From Desulfosudaceae bacterium (GTDB lineage: Bacteria > Desulfobacterota > Desulfobacteria > Desulfobacterales > Desulfosudaceae): DNA of 64,000 bases. Location: contig CAXXDV010000001.1 of NCBI GenBank assembly GCA_963674745.2, positions 992,001-1,056,000 on the forward strand. Reading direction: 5' to 3'. Of this stretch, positions 19,196 through 29,878 are shown piece after piece; the first letter of the stretch is position 1; each line of letters begins with the position of its first letter. A program made the translations under genes and the position numbers. The notes under the pieces are model-generated. The model saw only the letters and a list, made by a program, of their open reading frames with translations. It had not been told where the DNA came from and searched no databases.

Positions 19196-22100
19196 TTAAA
19201 ACCGGATCGGCTCGGCACGGGCCAGTTGTTCGGTTGTCCACCGGCGCCAGTTCGCGTTTCCAAGCGCCTCGGCCAGGGCCGTTGCCAAATGTACGGTCGG
19301 CGCGAAACATTGCCGGCTCAAGCCGTTGATGCAGGCCGGGCAGTTGGTCACCAGCCGGTAAGGCGCCGCAAGATCCGTTAAACAAGTTTCCAGCGCCAGG
19401 CGTTTGCGGTCCAGCATGGCAGCGGCAATATCCGGGCGGCTCAAGGTCAGCGTACCTGCTTCGGAACAGCAGCAGGAGGTTGAGACAACGCCTTTCGGAA
19501 CCAGGCGGCGGAGCAGTTCTTCGCCCTGGCCGTCCAGGGAGTCATGGCAGGGCCGGTGGTAAACACACACGCCCGCCATCTTCAGGGCCAGGCCGCGGTC
19601 CAGGACAAAAGCCGCGGCATCCATCAGGGGGGCGCCGAAGATATCAGCGGCATTGACGCGGTCAAGCCCCTCCCGGCAGGTGCCGCAACTCACCAGGCAA
19701 CCGTCAAAGTCAAGGTATCCGAACAGGGAACGGATCTGGTTGAAGATGATGGTGTTGCGCAGTTCCTGGCGACCGCTCATATCCGTTTTGGCATTGGCCC
19801 GGGCCGGAAACCCGCAGCAGAGGTACGGCGGCGGCAGCACCACCCGCAACCCGGCTTCAAGCAGCAGGTAAATTACCGCCAGGGCAATATCGGCATGCAT
19901 TCTTTCGGAGCCGCAGCCGGGAAAATAAAAAACCGTTCCGGTGGCCTCGTTGTCCGGGTCCAGCAGCAGGGTATGATGAAGATCGCGGGGCCGCGGATAT
20001 TTATCCGGCAGGGCCCTGGCCGCAATAACGGGCGCCGGGGCATAGAGCGGCGTCAGCAGCGGAAAACGCCGCCATTGATCGCCGACCAGGCGACTGCCGA
20101 AGCGTTGTGCGGTCCCGCCCCATTGCAGCACCGTGCGCCGGATCAGCCGGTTGGTGAGTTCGGAGCGGGAAGACAGATACCCCAGAACGATCCGCGTCGG
20201 CAGGGCGCTCTTTCTGGCATGTCGGGCCGCCAGCACTTCCCGCTCCAGAACCGACACGTCGGCGGTGTCGATATTGACAGGACACTTTGCCTGACACTTG
20301 TGGCAGAGCGTGCAATGGTCGGCTATTTCCGTCAACCAGCGCAAAAGCCTCAACCCGGTGGCCTTGGTGCGCTGGGCATCGTAAAGCAACGCTTCGATGA
20401 TGCCGGTCAGGGCCAGATTCTTGTTGCGGGGATGATAAAAAAGATTCCGAGCCGGATAAAACACGCAGCAGTCCGTCTTGCAGCGGCCGCAGCGCACACA
20501 CTGTGAAATTTTCTCGGTCAGCTGCTCCAGATGGCTGTAACGAAGAATGCGCGCTTCTAACTCGATAAGGTTGAACGACGGTGTAAAAACCCGGTCCGTC
20601 ACGCTCCGGTCGGTCAACTTGCCGGGATTGATCAGGTCATCCGGATCGACCCGTTGTTGATAAGCCTGGAATTCGGCCAGGATTTCCTCGTCCAGATGTT
20701 TGATCTTGGTGAACCCGATACCATGCTCGCCGCTCACCACCCCCCCCAGGTCGACGGCCTTTTCCATGATGGTATCGGCTGTTTCGGCGGCCCGCAGCAT
20801 CATCTCGCGGTCATTGGAAAATACCGGAATGTTGACATGTACGTTGCCGTCGCCGGCGTGCATATGCGTGGCCACCACAATACGACGGCTCCGGATGGCA
20901 GCCATGTCCCGTTGAATCTCGGCCTGCACCTTTACAAAGCCGCGCAGCAGCTCGGTCATGGATGTCTGTACGCTGTTTAGGTGGGTCTCGTTTTTTAAAT
21001 GCGCACGTCCGGCCAGATTGATCTGGGCCATGGCCTCATTGAGCAGGTCCCGGGCGGCCGGCTTTTTGGCGGCCAGCCATCCCGGATCTTCGATCGGCGC
21101 CGCCGCATCAAGATAGGCCAGCAGTTGCCAGATCACCTGCTGCTGATTTTCGCGATCTTCCTCAACATTGAGCATGTCGACGAATTCGGCAAATTCAGCC
21201 AGGGCCTTTACCGGCAGGACGATATCCTCGTTGAGTTTGAAAGCGTTGGTCCGGGCGGCGATGGCCCCCAGCCGTTTCCGGTCGCGCCAGAACCGTTCGG
21301 CTTCGGCTTCATCCCGGGCCACGGTCATGCCGGTATTGGGATAGGCCGCAAGCAGATCGGCCAGCCGCTCCAGGCCGGATTGAATCTGCTGGACGGTATG
21401 CCCCACCAGGTCGAGCAACAGCACGGCCTTGGGACTTTCGCTGCTGGGTGTCTTGGCCTTGTATTGAATGGCCCGGACATACTCCTCGTCAAAATGCTCC
21501 AAGGCCAGAAGCGTTTCCTGCCCCCGGTCGACAAAAGCACCCGTAATCCCGTCAATGACCCGGGCGGCCTCCTCCATGTCTTCGCCGAAAAACTCCAGGC
21601 AGACGGTACGCTGCTCCGGATAAGGGCGGTGCAGAATAAATGTTGCCGAGGTGATGATGCCGTCGGTACCCTCTTTCTGCACACCGGGCAAGCCTTCCAG
21701 TGTTTTGTTGGTGATATCTTTTCCCAGCCCGGGCTTTCGCAACTTGTCACCCGGAATATGGATTTGCTTGACCGGTTGACCCGTGGCCGCGTCGGTCACC
21801 GCAAAGGAGGCCGTCTCTTGCTGACCGATGCGGCCGCCGGTGGGATTGGTTCGCTGCACCTCAAGCAGCCTGCCGCCCGGAACTGCGATACGAAAACCGA
21901 GCAGGTTGTCGATGCAGGTGCCCCAGAGCACGGCCCGCTTACCGCCGGCGTTTTCGGCGATATTGCCTCCGATGGTGCAGGCCCAGGCCGATGTCGGGTC
22001 CGTGGAAAAAATCAGGTTTGCGGCCGCGGCGGCCTGCATGGCGTCATCGGTAATCACGCCTGCCTCCACTTCGATCACGTCAAGCGTCAGACAGGCGCCG

Positions 22101-22798
22101 TCGGGCAGGTTGATATTGCGGGTTGTCATTTCGCCGATCCGGTTCAATTTCTCCGTGTTGATCATGACGCATCCGGACGCCACCGGAACGGCCCCGCCGG
22201 TCAGCCCGGTCCCCCCGCCCCTGGGAACGGCCTTGAGACCGAGAGCCGCGATGGCTTCGAGCAACAGCGGCACCTGTTCCGCTTTTTCGGGGCAAACCAC
22301 CGCCACCGGCATATGCATGCGCCAGTCGGTGGCATCCGTGGCATGGGCCGCCAGGGTAAAAGGGTCGAAAAAAAGATTCCGCCCGCCGACGATCCCGGCC
22401 AGGCGGCGACGGATAAGGCTCCGCGCCTGACCGACCGCGTCCAGTTCCCGTTTTAAATCCTCGAGTTGTCGGCGACATTTATCCAGAATCAGCACCATAT
22501 CCGGATCCTGCGCGCACTGGTCGGCGACCTGGGTGAGATCTTTTCGGGCCGAATCCAGGAAGCGGCGCCGCCGCCTGCCGTCTTCGACCAGTTCCTGGTA
22601 GAGAAAGGGGTTGCGGCGATGAATAAAAAGATCGCCGACAAAGCGCATCAGCAGGCGCCAGGCATGCCCGGCCGGACGCTTGAACCGCAGCCGTTCAAGA
22701 GGTGCCAGCACCTCGCGGCCAAGTAAAAATGCGCAGATGCGCTGGTCATCGGCCGATGTATAATTGAAGGGAATTTCCCTGGCGGTTACCCTGCTCAT
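19196..22798 (-). CDS. FAD-linked oxidase/Fe-S oxidoreductase fusion (GlcD/GlcF-like, DUF3683-type N-terminus)
   Basis: REIPFNYTS, PRGGGTGLTGG, HAGDGNVH, SGEHGIG, CxxCxxC motifs and CCG domains. Confidence 0.9.
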   Translation of the reverse strand: MSRVTAREIPFNYTSADDQRICAFLLGREVLAPLERLRFKRPAGHAWRLLMRFVGDLFIHRRNPFLYQELVEDGRRRRRFLDSARKDLTQVADQCAQDPDMVLILDKCRRQLEDLKRELDAVGQARSLIRRRLAGIVGGRNLFFDPFTLAAHATDATDWRMHMPVAVVCPEKAEQVPLLLEAIAALGLKAVPRGGGTGLTGGAVPVASGCVMINTEKLNRIGEMTTRNINLPDGACLTLDVIEVEAGVITDDAMQAAAAANLIFSTDPTSAWACTIGGNIAENAGGKRAVLWGTCIDNLLGFRIAVPGGRLLEVQRTNPTGGRIGQQETASFAVTDAATGQPVKQIHIPGDKLRKPGLGKDITNKTLEGLPGVQKEGTDGIITSATFILHRPYPEQRTVCLEFFGEDMEEAARVIDGITGAFVDRGQETLLALEHFDEEYVRAIQYKAKTPSSESPKAVLLLDLVGHTVQQIQSGLERLADLLAAYPNTGMTVARDEAEAERFWRDRKRLGAIAARTNAFKLNEDIVLPVKALAEFAEFVDMLNVEEDRENQQQVIWQLLAYLDAAAPIEDPGWLAAKKPAARDLLNEAMAQINLAGRAHLKNETHLNSVQTSMTELLRGFVKVQAEIQRDMAAIRSRRIVVATHMHAGDGNVHVNIPVFSNDREMMLRAAETADTIMEKAVDLGGVVSGEHGIGFTKIKHLDEEILAEFQAYQQRVDPDDLINPGKLTDRSVTDRVFTPSFNLIELEARILRYSHLEQLTEKISQCVRCGRCKTDCCVFYPARNLFYHPRNKNLALTGIIEALLYDAQRTKATGLRLLRWLTEIADHCTLCHKCQAKCPVNIDTADVSVLEREVLAARHARKSALPTRIVLGYLSSRSELTNRLIRRTVLQWGGTAQRFGSRLVGDQWRRFPLLTPLYAPAPVIAARALPDKYPRPRDLHHTLLLDPDNEATGTVFYFPGCGSERMHADIALAVIYLLLEAGLRVVLPPPYLCCGFPARANAKTDMSGRQELRNTIIFNQIRSLFGYLDFDGCLVSCGTCREGLDRVNAADIFGAPLMDAAAFVLDRGLALKMAGVCVYHRPCHDSLDGQGEELLRRLVPKGVVSTSCCCSEAGTLTLSRPDIAAAMLDRKRLALETCLTDLAAPYRLVTNCPACINGLSRQCFAPTVHLATALAEALGNANWRRWTTEQLARAEPIRF

Positions 22799-22996
22799 CG
22801 TTTTTTCACTATAATCCTGAATCGCTTCTCAAAAAGGCCTGACAACGACCCCATTATGTTAAAACTGAAACTGTCTGAAATATTATGGCGCCCTTTTTTC
22901 AAAACTCAAATGCTAAATAAACGGCTGCAAATTAAAATGCCCTTCGGGAGGTTAAAAAAGGCTTTTCAAATCATATTTTCGGTGGGTTTTGTGTGT

Positions 22997-24490
22997 TTAT
23001 GCCTGGATATCGGATTGTTGATCCGATCCGGTCCGAACCGTTAAAAAATCATACCGGTCCGCCAGCGCGGAAAAGGCATTGACCACATGATGGGCGTTGG
23101 GATAAACCATGATCCCGCAGTTGAGCAGATTCAGGACGGCCTCGTAATCCCGCCGGATGGCTTGGCGCACGACTTTGGAGTTGATCAGCAGGGGCAGGCC
23201 CCATTTATTCGAATATTCTATCAGGACGTTGCTCAGGGCGACCTCTTCGTCCAGCACGCGCTGGACCCCTTTACGGATCATCTTGTGTTCTTCAGAGGCG
23301 TTGACCGGGTCATAAATGGAATAAATCCAACCGATGCCATTGAATATAATACCGTCAAAATCACCGCTTTCCATTAAGATGGGGATTATTTCCCGGGGGC
23401 CGCCATAGCCCAGGCCGGCCACCATATCCACCGGATTGTTGGGATGCCACCAGGCAGGCAGATGTTCGCGGAGCCTGGCAACAGTGGCCTCGGAAAGGGG
23501 GGGCAGTTTCAGGCCGCGCTCCGCGATGGCATCGGCGGTCAGCACCCCCTGGCCGCCGCCGCCGGTCAGAACACAGACGCGTCGCCCCTTAGGCAAAGGG
23601 GTGGTGACAAAGGCGCAGGCTAAAATGGCCGCTTCCTCCAGGGTCCGGACGCGATTGAGGCCGGCCTGCCGGCAGACACCGTCGAAAACATCATCCGAAC
23701 CCGCCAGAGAGCCGGTATGGGAGGAAGCCGCCCGGCCGCCTTCTTCGGTACGCCCGCTTTTGATGAGAATGACCGGTTTTTCCAGGGATGTCTTCCGGGC
23801 TTCTTCGAAAAACGCCCGGCCCTGACCGGCTCCTTCCATATACAGCAGAACCACTTTAGTGGCCGGGTCCTTCCGGAAATAGGCCAGGTAATCCGCCCAG
23901 GCAAGATCGGCGCAGTTGCCGGTGGAGACGACCTTGGAACAGCCGAACCCGAACTCCGCGATCTGCTCGGACAACTCCGTGGAAATACCACCGCTCTGAC
24001 TGGCAATACCGATTACACCGGGGTCAGGCCGGAAGGTAGGAAACCAGGGATAAAATTTTGACTCCGGCGCGGCAATTCCTTGTCCGTTGGGGCCGACCAG
24101 CACCATTTTTCCCGCTTTCGCCCGTTTGAGCATTTCATTTTGAAGGGCCTGACCCTGGTCGCCCAGCTCGGCGAATCCGGAGGTGATCACAATGGCCGCC
24201 TGAATATCTTTAGCCACACAATCGGATATAACATCCGGAACACCAACGGCCGGAACGATAATCACGGCCAGGTCGATTTCATCCGGAATATCCCTTACCG
24301 AAGCATAGGCCGGAAAGCCGTGAACCTTTTCCTCTTTGGGGTTGACCGGATACAGCTTGCCTTTATAGCCGCCCAGAATGATATTAATCGTGACGATTCC
24401 GCCCCATTTGGCGACATTGTTGGAGGCGCCGACCAGCGCCACGGATCGTGGCGAAAATATCTTTTCCATCTTTTGAATGCGTTCGTTCAT
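22997..24490 (-). CDS. Acyl-CoA synthetase (ADP-forming) alpha subunit / CoA-binding protein
   Basis: PRSVALVGAS, GPNGQG, SQSGG, phospho-His in AASSHTGSLAG, NPVDM. Confidence 0.9.
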   Translation of the reverse strand: MNERIQKMEKIFSPRSVALVGASNNVAKWGGIVTINIILGGYKGKLYPVNPKEEKVHGFPAYASVRDIPDEIDLAVIIVPAVGVPDVISDCVAKDIQAAIVITSGFAELGDQGQALQNEMLKRAKAGKMVLVGPNGQGIAAPESKFYPWFPTFRPDPGVIGIASQSGGISTELSEQIAEFGFGCSKVVSTGNCADLAWADYLAYFRKDPATKVVLLYMEGAGQGRAFFEEARKTSLEKPVILIKSGRTEEGGRAASSHTGSLAGSDDVFDGVCRQAGLNRVRTLEEAAILACAFVTTPLPKGRRVCVLTGGGGQGVLTADAIAERGLKLPPLSEATVARLREHLPAWWHPNNPVDMVAGLGYGGPREIIPILMESGDFDGIIFNGIGWIYSIYDPVNASEEHKMIRKGVQRVLDEEVALSNVLIEYSNKWGLPLLINSKVVRQAIRRDYEAVLNLLNCGIMVYPNAHHVVNAFSALADRYDFLTVRTGSDQQSDIQA

Positions 24491-24695
24491 TATCGATGCC
24501 TTATTGGGTTGTCTGCCGGATTCACCACCGGTGACCCGGGTTAGCGTTTGCGTGTATGGTCGTTATGAATAGCAGGTCGCGTCCCCGGGTGTCAACTTGA
24601 GAGACACCATGCTGAAAAAGGGCATTCCAAGCATGCTTTTACCCTGCTTTCCGAAGCTGTTTTGTTAACTATTCAATCCGTTGTTTTGGCCCGAT

Positions 24696-27674
24696 TCAGT
24701 GAAGCAGGCTGTCGATAAAACAATTACTGTGAGAATGATGCGAATCATTATTGCCGTCGATTGTAAATTCGGCCATGACCGTTATATCTGCTTCGGGCAT
24801 GGTCAGCGTGGTGTCAGCCAGACCGGTATAGAGCATCCAGCCGGTCTGCCCGGTCCAGGTTTCAAAGTCAAGTCCCTCCGGAACCGAAGCTGAAATAGCA
24901 ACCTCAGTACCCGGCAGGTAGTTCCCGCTGCCTGAGCCGCCGGAAACGGTCAGCGTGTATTCGTCTGTCCCCTGGTCCTTGTAGGTCGCTGTCAGCATTG
25001 TCGGAGCGGCCGGCATATAGAGGTAAGTTGCCGGCAGATTAATATTGGCCAGATTGTTCGTGTCACCGGTCCACTGATCGAATATCTGACCCGCCGGAGG
25101 GGTGTCCGCAACCGGATTGATTATCGTCCCCGGCAGGTAGTCGCCGCTGCCGGAGCCGTCAATGACCGTTAATGGATAAGCCTGATCTCCACGGGCCTTG
25201 TATGTAGCCGTGACAGTGATATCTGACGAGGGCATGACCAGGGTTGTCGCCGGAAGATTCGAATTGGTCACATATCCCGAAGCACCGGTCCATCGATCAA
25301 AAATCAAGCCGTCAGCCGGTTCATCCGCAAAAATATTGACGACCATGCCGGGCAGGTAGTTGCCATCGCCATCGCCCTTTTGCACGGACAGAAGATAGGT
25401 GTCGCCCCCCTGGTTCTTGTAAGTGGCCGTAACAGTCACCGGTTCGTCCGGCATGCGCACGAAGGCGTTGGGCAGATAAATACCGGAGACCGCTTCCTGA
25501 TCGCCGGCCCATTGATCAAAAATCAGGCCGTCCGAAGGGAGATCGGCGGCGATGGTGACAACGTGTCCGGCCGCGTAATTGCCCGAACCTATACCGTTGT
25601 GAACGGTCAGGGGATAGCTTGAAATCGGAGTTGCTTCAAATTCGGCCGTTACCGAAATATCGCCGGTTACATTTGCGTCCAGGCGGGGGTTGTCGGTTTT
25701 ACCGTCGCTCCATTGCATAAAATGGTATCCCTCCGCCGGCAGTGCCGTAACCTGCTGGCCGTTAAAGCCATAGGCTACGGACTGGGGGGTAGGCCCTTGA
25801 ATCGACCCGCCGGTTCCGGCGGTATAGGTCAACGTGTAAGAGTTGATAACGAATTCAGCCGTGACCATGATATTGCCGATCACGTTGGTGTCCGTGCGGG
25901 TAGTGGTCGTGACGCCGTCGCTCCACTGCGAAAAAGAGTACCCCGCTTCGGGCAGGGCGGTTACCTGCGCGCCGTTAAAGCCGAAGGCCACGGTCTGGGA
26001 ACCTGGCCCTTGAATCGATCCGCCGGTGCCGGCGATATAGGTCAAGGTGTAGAAGTTGCGGACGAAATTGGCCGAGATCGTGGCCGAACCGGTGAGGGTT
26101 ACGTTGGTTGACGCCCCGGCCGCGTTGCCGAAGACCGCATTTCCTGTCGGGGCGGCCGTCCAGTTGACGAAGTTGTAGCCCGCGGCGGCCGTGGCCGTTA
26201 TGTTCACAGGCACACCGGCATCCACGTTGGTGTCCGACCCCTCAGCGGGCGTCGTCGTGCCCCCCCCAACCGGTGTCAGGGCCATGGTCAGAACAGCATC
26301 GGTTGTGAACGCCACCTGGTCCCCATAACCGGTCCCGGCCGTATTTGTCGCATAAGCCCTGACATAGTAAGTGGTGCCGAGCGTAAGACCGGTCATTCCG
26401 GAAGTGAAAGAACCGGTAGCGGCTATCGCCCCCTCATCGGTACAGCTGTCAGCTGTTGTCGGCGTGCCGCCGGTGTTCCAGCAGACACCATACGCCGTCG
26501 GGTTTGAATAACCAAGATCCGAGATGGTTCCGTTGCCGGTGGCCGTGGTTGTGTTAATACCGGTCACCGCCTGGGTGGTCACAATCGGGGCCTGCACACT
26601 GGCAAAAACCTTGCCCCCGTCTCCATCTGAGTTCGCAACCCCCGCAAAAAGGCTTGATCCGTCTGCCGCGAGCGAATGCACCGCTTCATTTGTTGTGTCG
26701 CCGAAGCCATTATCGTTCACCTGGTCCCAGGTAGTCCCATCATATTCCCAGACCTGACCGCCGCTGGGAACGCCGGAGTCATTGCCGGTCCCGACGTACA
26801 GCTTTCCCTGGAACACGGTCATGCACCGTGCGGCGTCATACTGCATGGACGCGCCCGGGTCATTTCGGGTGAAGGCAGCCCCATCATACTCCCAGACCTG
26901 GCAGGAGGTGCTCCAACCGGAGCCGCCGATAAAAAGCTTGCCGTCGTATGCCGCCAGGCTGCGGAATTCCACAAAATTGCCGCCAAAGCCGCCGCTGGCC
27001 ACCAGCGTCCAGTCGGATGTCGTCGGGCCGTCATAGCGGTAGAGATTGGCATTGTCGGTGGTGTTATACACACCCGCGTACACCTTCCCGCCGTACACAG
27101 CCAGGCTCCGGACTTGCTGGTTATCACTGTCTCCGAATCCGTTCTCGTTTATCTGGGTCCAGGTACTCCCATCATAGGTAAACACGCCTGCCTGAAAGCT
27201 GGTTCCGAGGTAAAGGATATTGTCATGGACGACCATGGAACCGGCCCAGGTATTGGCACTGTCACCCAACCCGCCGCCGGCCACCCGCGTCCAGGAGGAC
27301 CCGTCGTACTTCCAGACTTCGAAACCGGCGGTATTGTTTGCTGTTCCGACATAAAGACAATCGTTGTAGACCGCCATGGCGTGCGCGCCCCGGTTATTGG
27401 CGCTGCCGAAACCGTTGGTATTGATCTGCGTCCAGTCGCCGGTGCCGGAGCCGTCACATCGCCAGACGCCGCACCCGTCGGGGTTATTCCAGGTGCCGAC
27501 GTAGAGTTTGCCGCCGTAAACGGCCATGGAAAAGGCGCTGAAATTGTTGGTATTACCGAACCCGTCCGTGTTGATCTGGGCCCAGTTCGTCCATTGGGCC
27601 CCGCAAACGGCCGGCAGGACCAGTGACAACATGAAAAAAACAGCGCCATGGAAGAAAGATTTTAAAGACCGCAT
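24696..27674 (-). CDS. Large secreted repeat protein (beta-propeller, Fn3-like, InlB-B/bacterial repeats, C-terminal CFI-box)
   Basis: Signal peptide; W.Q(I/V)N..GFG...SMAVY.GKLYVG repeats; TTYYVRAYATN; GY.F.QWSDG repeats; four Y.LTV..G.GSG.Y.PG repeats; ends CFIDSLLH. Confidence 0.85.
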   Translation of the reverse strand: MRSLKSFFHGAVFFMLSLVLPAVCGAQWTNWAQINTDGFGNTNNFSAFSMAVYGGKLYVGTWNNPDGCGVWRCDGSGTGDWTQINTNGFGSANNRGAHAMAVYNDCLYVGTANNTAGFEVWKYDGSSWTRVAGGGLGDSANTWAGSMVVHDNILYLGTSFQAGVFTYDGSTWTQINENGFGDSDNQQVRSLAVYGGKVYAGVYNTTDNANLYRYDGPTTSDWTLVASGGFGGNFVEFRSLAAYDGKLFIGGSGWSTSCQVWEYDGAAFTRNDPGASMQYDAARCMTVFQGKLYVGTGNDSGVPSGGQVWEYDGTTWDQVNDNGFGDTTNEAVHSLAADGSSLFAGVANSDGDGGKVFASVQAPIVTTQAVTGINTTTATGNGTISDLGYSNPTAYGVCWNTGGTPTTADSCTDEGAIAATGSFTSGMTGLTLGTTYYVRAYATNTAGTGYGDQVAFTTDAVLTMALTPVGGGTTTPAEGSDTNVDAGVPVNITATAAAGYNFVNWTAAPTGNAVFGNAAGASTNVTLTGSATISANFVRNFYTLTYIAGTGGSIQGPGSQTVAFGFNGAQVTALPEAGYSFSQWSDGVTTTTRTDTNVIGNIMVTAEFVINSYTLTYTAGTGGSIQGPTPQSVAYGFNGQQVTALPAEGYHFMQWSDGKTDNPRLDANVTGDISVTAEFEATPISSYPLTVHNGIGSGNYAAGHVVTIAADLPSDGLIFDQWAGDQEAVSGIYLPNAFVRMPDEPVTVTATYKNQGGDTYLLSVQKGDGDGNYLPGMVVNIFADEPADGLIFDRWTGASGYVTNSNLPATTLVMPSSDITVTATYKARGDQAYPLTVIDGSGSGDYLPGTIINPVADTPPAGQIFDQWTGDTNNLANINLPATYLYMPAAPTMLTATYKDQGTDEYTLTVSGGSGSGNYLPGTEVAISASVPEGLDFETWTGQTGWMLYTGLADTTLTMPEADITVMAEFTIDGNNDSHHSHSNCFIDSLLH

Positions 27675-27998
27675 ATCGCCGACTCCTTTTATCAATTAAT
27701 AACAAAAAAGGGCCACAGCCAGCCTCAACGCCGGTAATGGGGAGAGTCATCAGCAATGGTGGTGGACAGTGAGGTACTTTTATGGATATCCTCTAACAAA
27801 ACAATGGATTATGTCAACCGTTTTCCGGATGCAAACGCCCTGACCACATTTGTCCTGTGCAATATAAACTGGTACCGCTCATAAAAAAGGCGCCTACGGG
27901 CCAAAAGTATATCGTCAATGCCTCGGCCATGGAGGGCAAGTTCTTGAAGGATTATTTCCCTATCGGCTGATGAGGGGATATAAACCAAAGGCCGTATT

Positions 27999-28421
27999 TC
28001 AACACTTCATAATCAGCTCAATCGCCCGCTGGTACTTTACCATTCGTTCCTGGTCCGGCCTGGTCGGATTGGCGATTCTGGACGAATCGATGTTGTCCTC
28101 CAGGTCGGCGAGCTTAACCCGCCGGCCTATGGGGTTGGCCGCCGCCCGCACGATAAATTGGTTATACGTTTCTCCTTTTCGCTTGGTTACGGCATCAACG
28201 GCCGCGACGATGGCTCTCGTAAACCCTTCCCGCCGGATATCATCGAGCCTCAGATCACTGTCCTCAATCACATCATGCAATACAGCCGTTATCTGCTCCT
28301 CCTCAGAAGAGAGCTTCAGCATCACCCGGAGCGGATGAAGGATATATGGGGCTCCGGCTTTATCTTTTTTACCCGCATGGGCTCTGGCGGCTATTTCAAT
28401 CGCCCGTTCAAGAGTAGACAT
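27999..28421 (-). CDS. Stand-alone HD-domain (p)ppGpp hydrolase-like protein (SAH/Mesh1-like)
   Basis: AHAGKKDKAGAPYILHP, AVLHDVIED, VKLADLEDN. Confidence 0.85.
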   Translation of the reverse strand: MSTLERAIEIAARAHAGKKDKAGAPYILHPLRVMLKLSSEEEQITAVLHDVIEDSDLRLDDIRREGFTRAIVAAVDAVTKRKGETYNQFIVRAAANPIGRRVKLADLEDNIDSSRIANPTRPDQERMVKYQRAIELIMKC

Positions 28422-28507
28422 TGGTGGTTATCCTTTCAGCCGGTAGGGCGTCAGTTTTTGCTCTATTAAAATTTCAGAGACAACAGTATATTGACTGCGT
28501 TCTTTAA

Positions 28508-28891
28508 TCAATGGGGTTTATTTATTATCATCCGGATCAAGACCACTTCCGTAAAGATCAGGATTATCCAGGAAACGCTGATAGCCACCAGATCCAGCCC
28601 TTTAGGTTTGCTGCCCATGGGCCAAACCATCATCAGTAAGATCAGGAATGTCCAGAAAAGGAAGGCAATTCCGTTGTAGATCGCTGCCAGATATTTTGTA
28701 ACACTGCCCCATCGTTTAAACAAACCGAGCAGGTTCAGCACCGGGCAACCGAGCAAGATTGCCAGCCATATAACGGCCCTGAGGTTATTAATGTCCGCCG
28801 AGTCGTCGATAAATTTGTAAATGATCCCAACCACCAGCAGAGCATTCATGGTCATTGCCGTCACGCTTAAGGACAGATCAAACCCGGGCAT
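28508..28891 (-). CDS. Hypothetical membrane protein
   Basis: 127 aa, four hydrophobic segments, GGAG RBS. Confidence 0.65.
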   Translation of the reverse strand: MPGFDLSLSVTAMTMNALLVVGIIYKFIDDSADINNLRAVIWLAILLGCPVLNLLGLFKRWGSVTKYLAAIYNGIAFLFWTFLILLMMVWPMGSKPKGLDLVAISVSWIILIFTEVVLIRMIINKPH

Positions 28892-29124
28892 GGCGATCTC
28901 CCGTTCATAATGAATTTCTTTAATTTTTGGATAAGAATCTGTTTTTCAACCATAATCTATATCAAGACCGGCCTTTTGTGTCAATATCCCCGTGACCACC
29001 ATATAACGTACACCTTTCGGGGACAGCTTACCCAATTTTTGATATCAGTGGACGAATTAAGCGAGGCACCCCCAACATTTTTACAAAACAGGATTGACAT
29101 TCCTGTTTTGCGGCGGACAGTCTG

Positions 29125-29787
29125 TTGTTTGCCGGAACCTATCCGGTTTTTTATGATCGACAGGTGGCCGCCCCGGATTATTATCCGTCTTATATTCAGA
29201 CGTATATCGAACGCGATGTCCGGAGCATCAAAAACATCGGCGATCTGGCCGCGTTTCAGCGATTTGTAAGACTGTGCGCGGGCCGGACAGGCCAACTGCT
29301 GAATCTTTCCAGCCTGGGAGATGAACTGGGCATCAACTATAAGACGGTCAGCTCCTGGATTTCCATACTGGAGGCCAGCTTTATTGTATTCCTCCTGAAA
29401 CCCCATCATAAAAATTTCAACAAGCGTGTTGTCAAACAACCCAAGCTCTATTTTTTTGATACCGGGTTGCTGTGCTCCCTTCTGGGTATTGAATCCGCTG
29501 ATCAGTTACGGTCTCACTATCTGAGAGGCAATATATTTGAAACATTTATTGTGGCCGAACACATCAAACAGCGGTTTCATGCCGGGGGGAGATCGAATGC
29601 CTTTTTCTGGCGGGACAACACCGGGCATGAGGTGGATATGCTGATAGAAGAAGGAGACACCTTCCGCGCGGTTGAGATTAAATCCGGAGAAACCCTTGCC
29701 CCTGATTTTTTCAAAGGGTTAAACTTTTTCAGAAAGATATCCGGCCAGGTTATCGGCTGGAAGGATATGGGGCGGATATTCTCATGA
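29125..29787 (+). pseudogene. 5'-truncated AAA_14/DUF4143 ATPase
   Basis: GTYP, TYIERDV, KQPKLYFFDTGL, EVD..VEIK are present; the N-terminal Walker A domain and a good start/RBS are absent. Confidence 0.7.
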
Positions 29788-29878
29788 TGTCTGCCCGGTC
29801 TTTTGCCGCCCTTCCATTTTCGGCTTTTAAAATGAGTTGTTGAATTATTTATGGCCGGCGCCTATTACTTTTCTCGAA

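Noticed and set aside
20999..22456. Long antisense or alternative-frame ORFs (e.g. 558-1634, 19544-20506, 20999-22456, 26676-27626, 42048-43355)
   Set aside because: They are shadows of well-supported genes on the opposite strand in GC-rich DNA and carry no recognisable motifs.
27700..27780. Minus-strand GCUGAUGACUC resembling the 3' part of a fluoride riboswitch
   Set aside because: The 5' GAUG..hairpin half is missing and the downstream gene is unrelated to fluoride.
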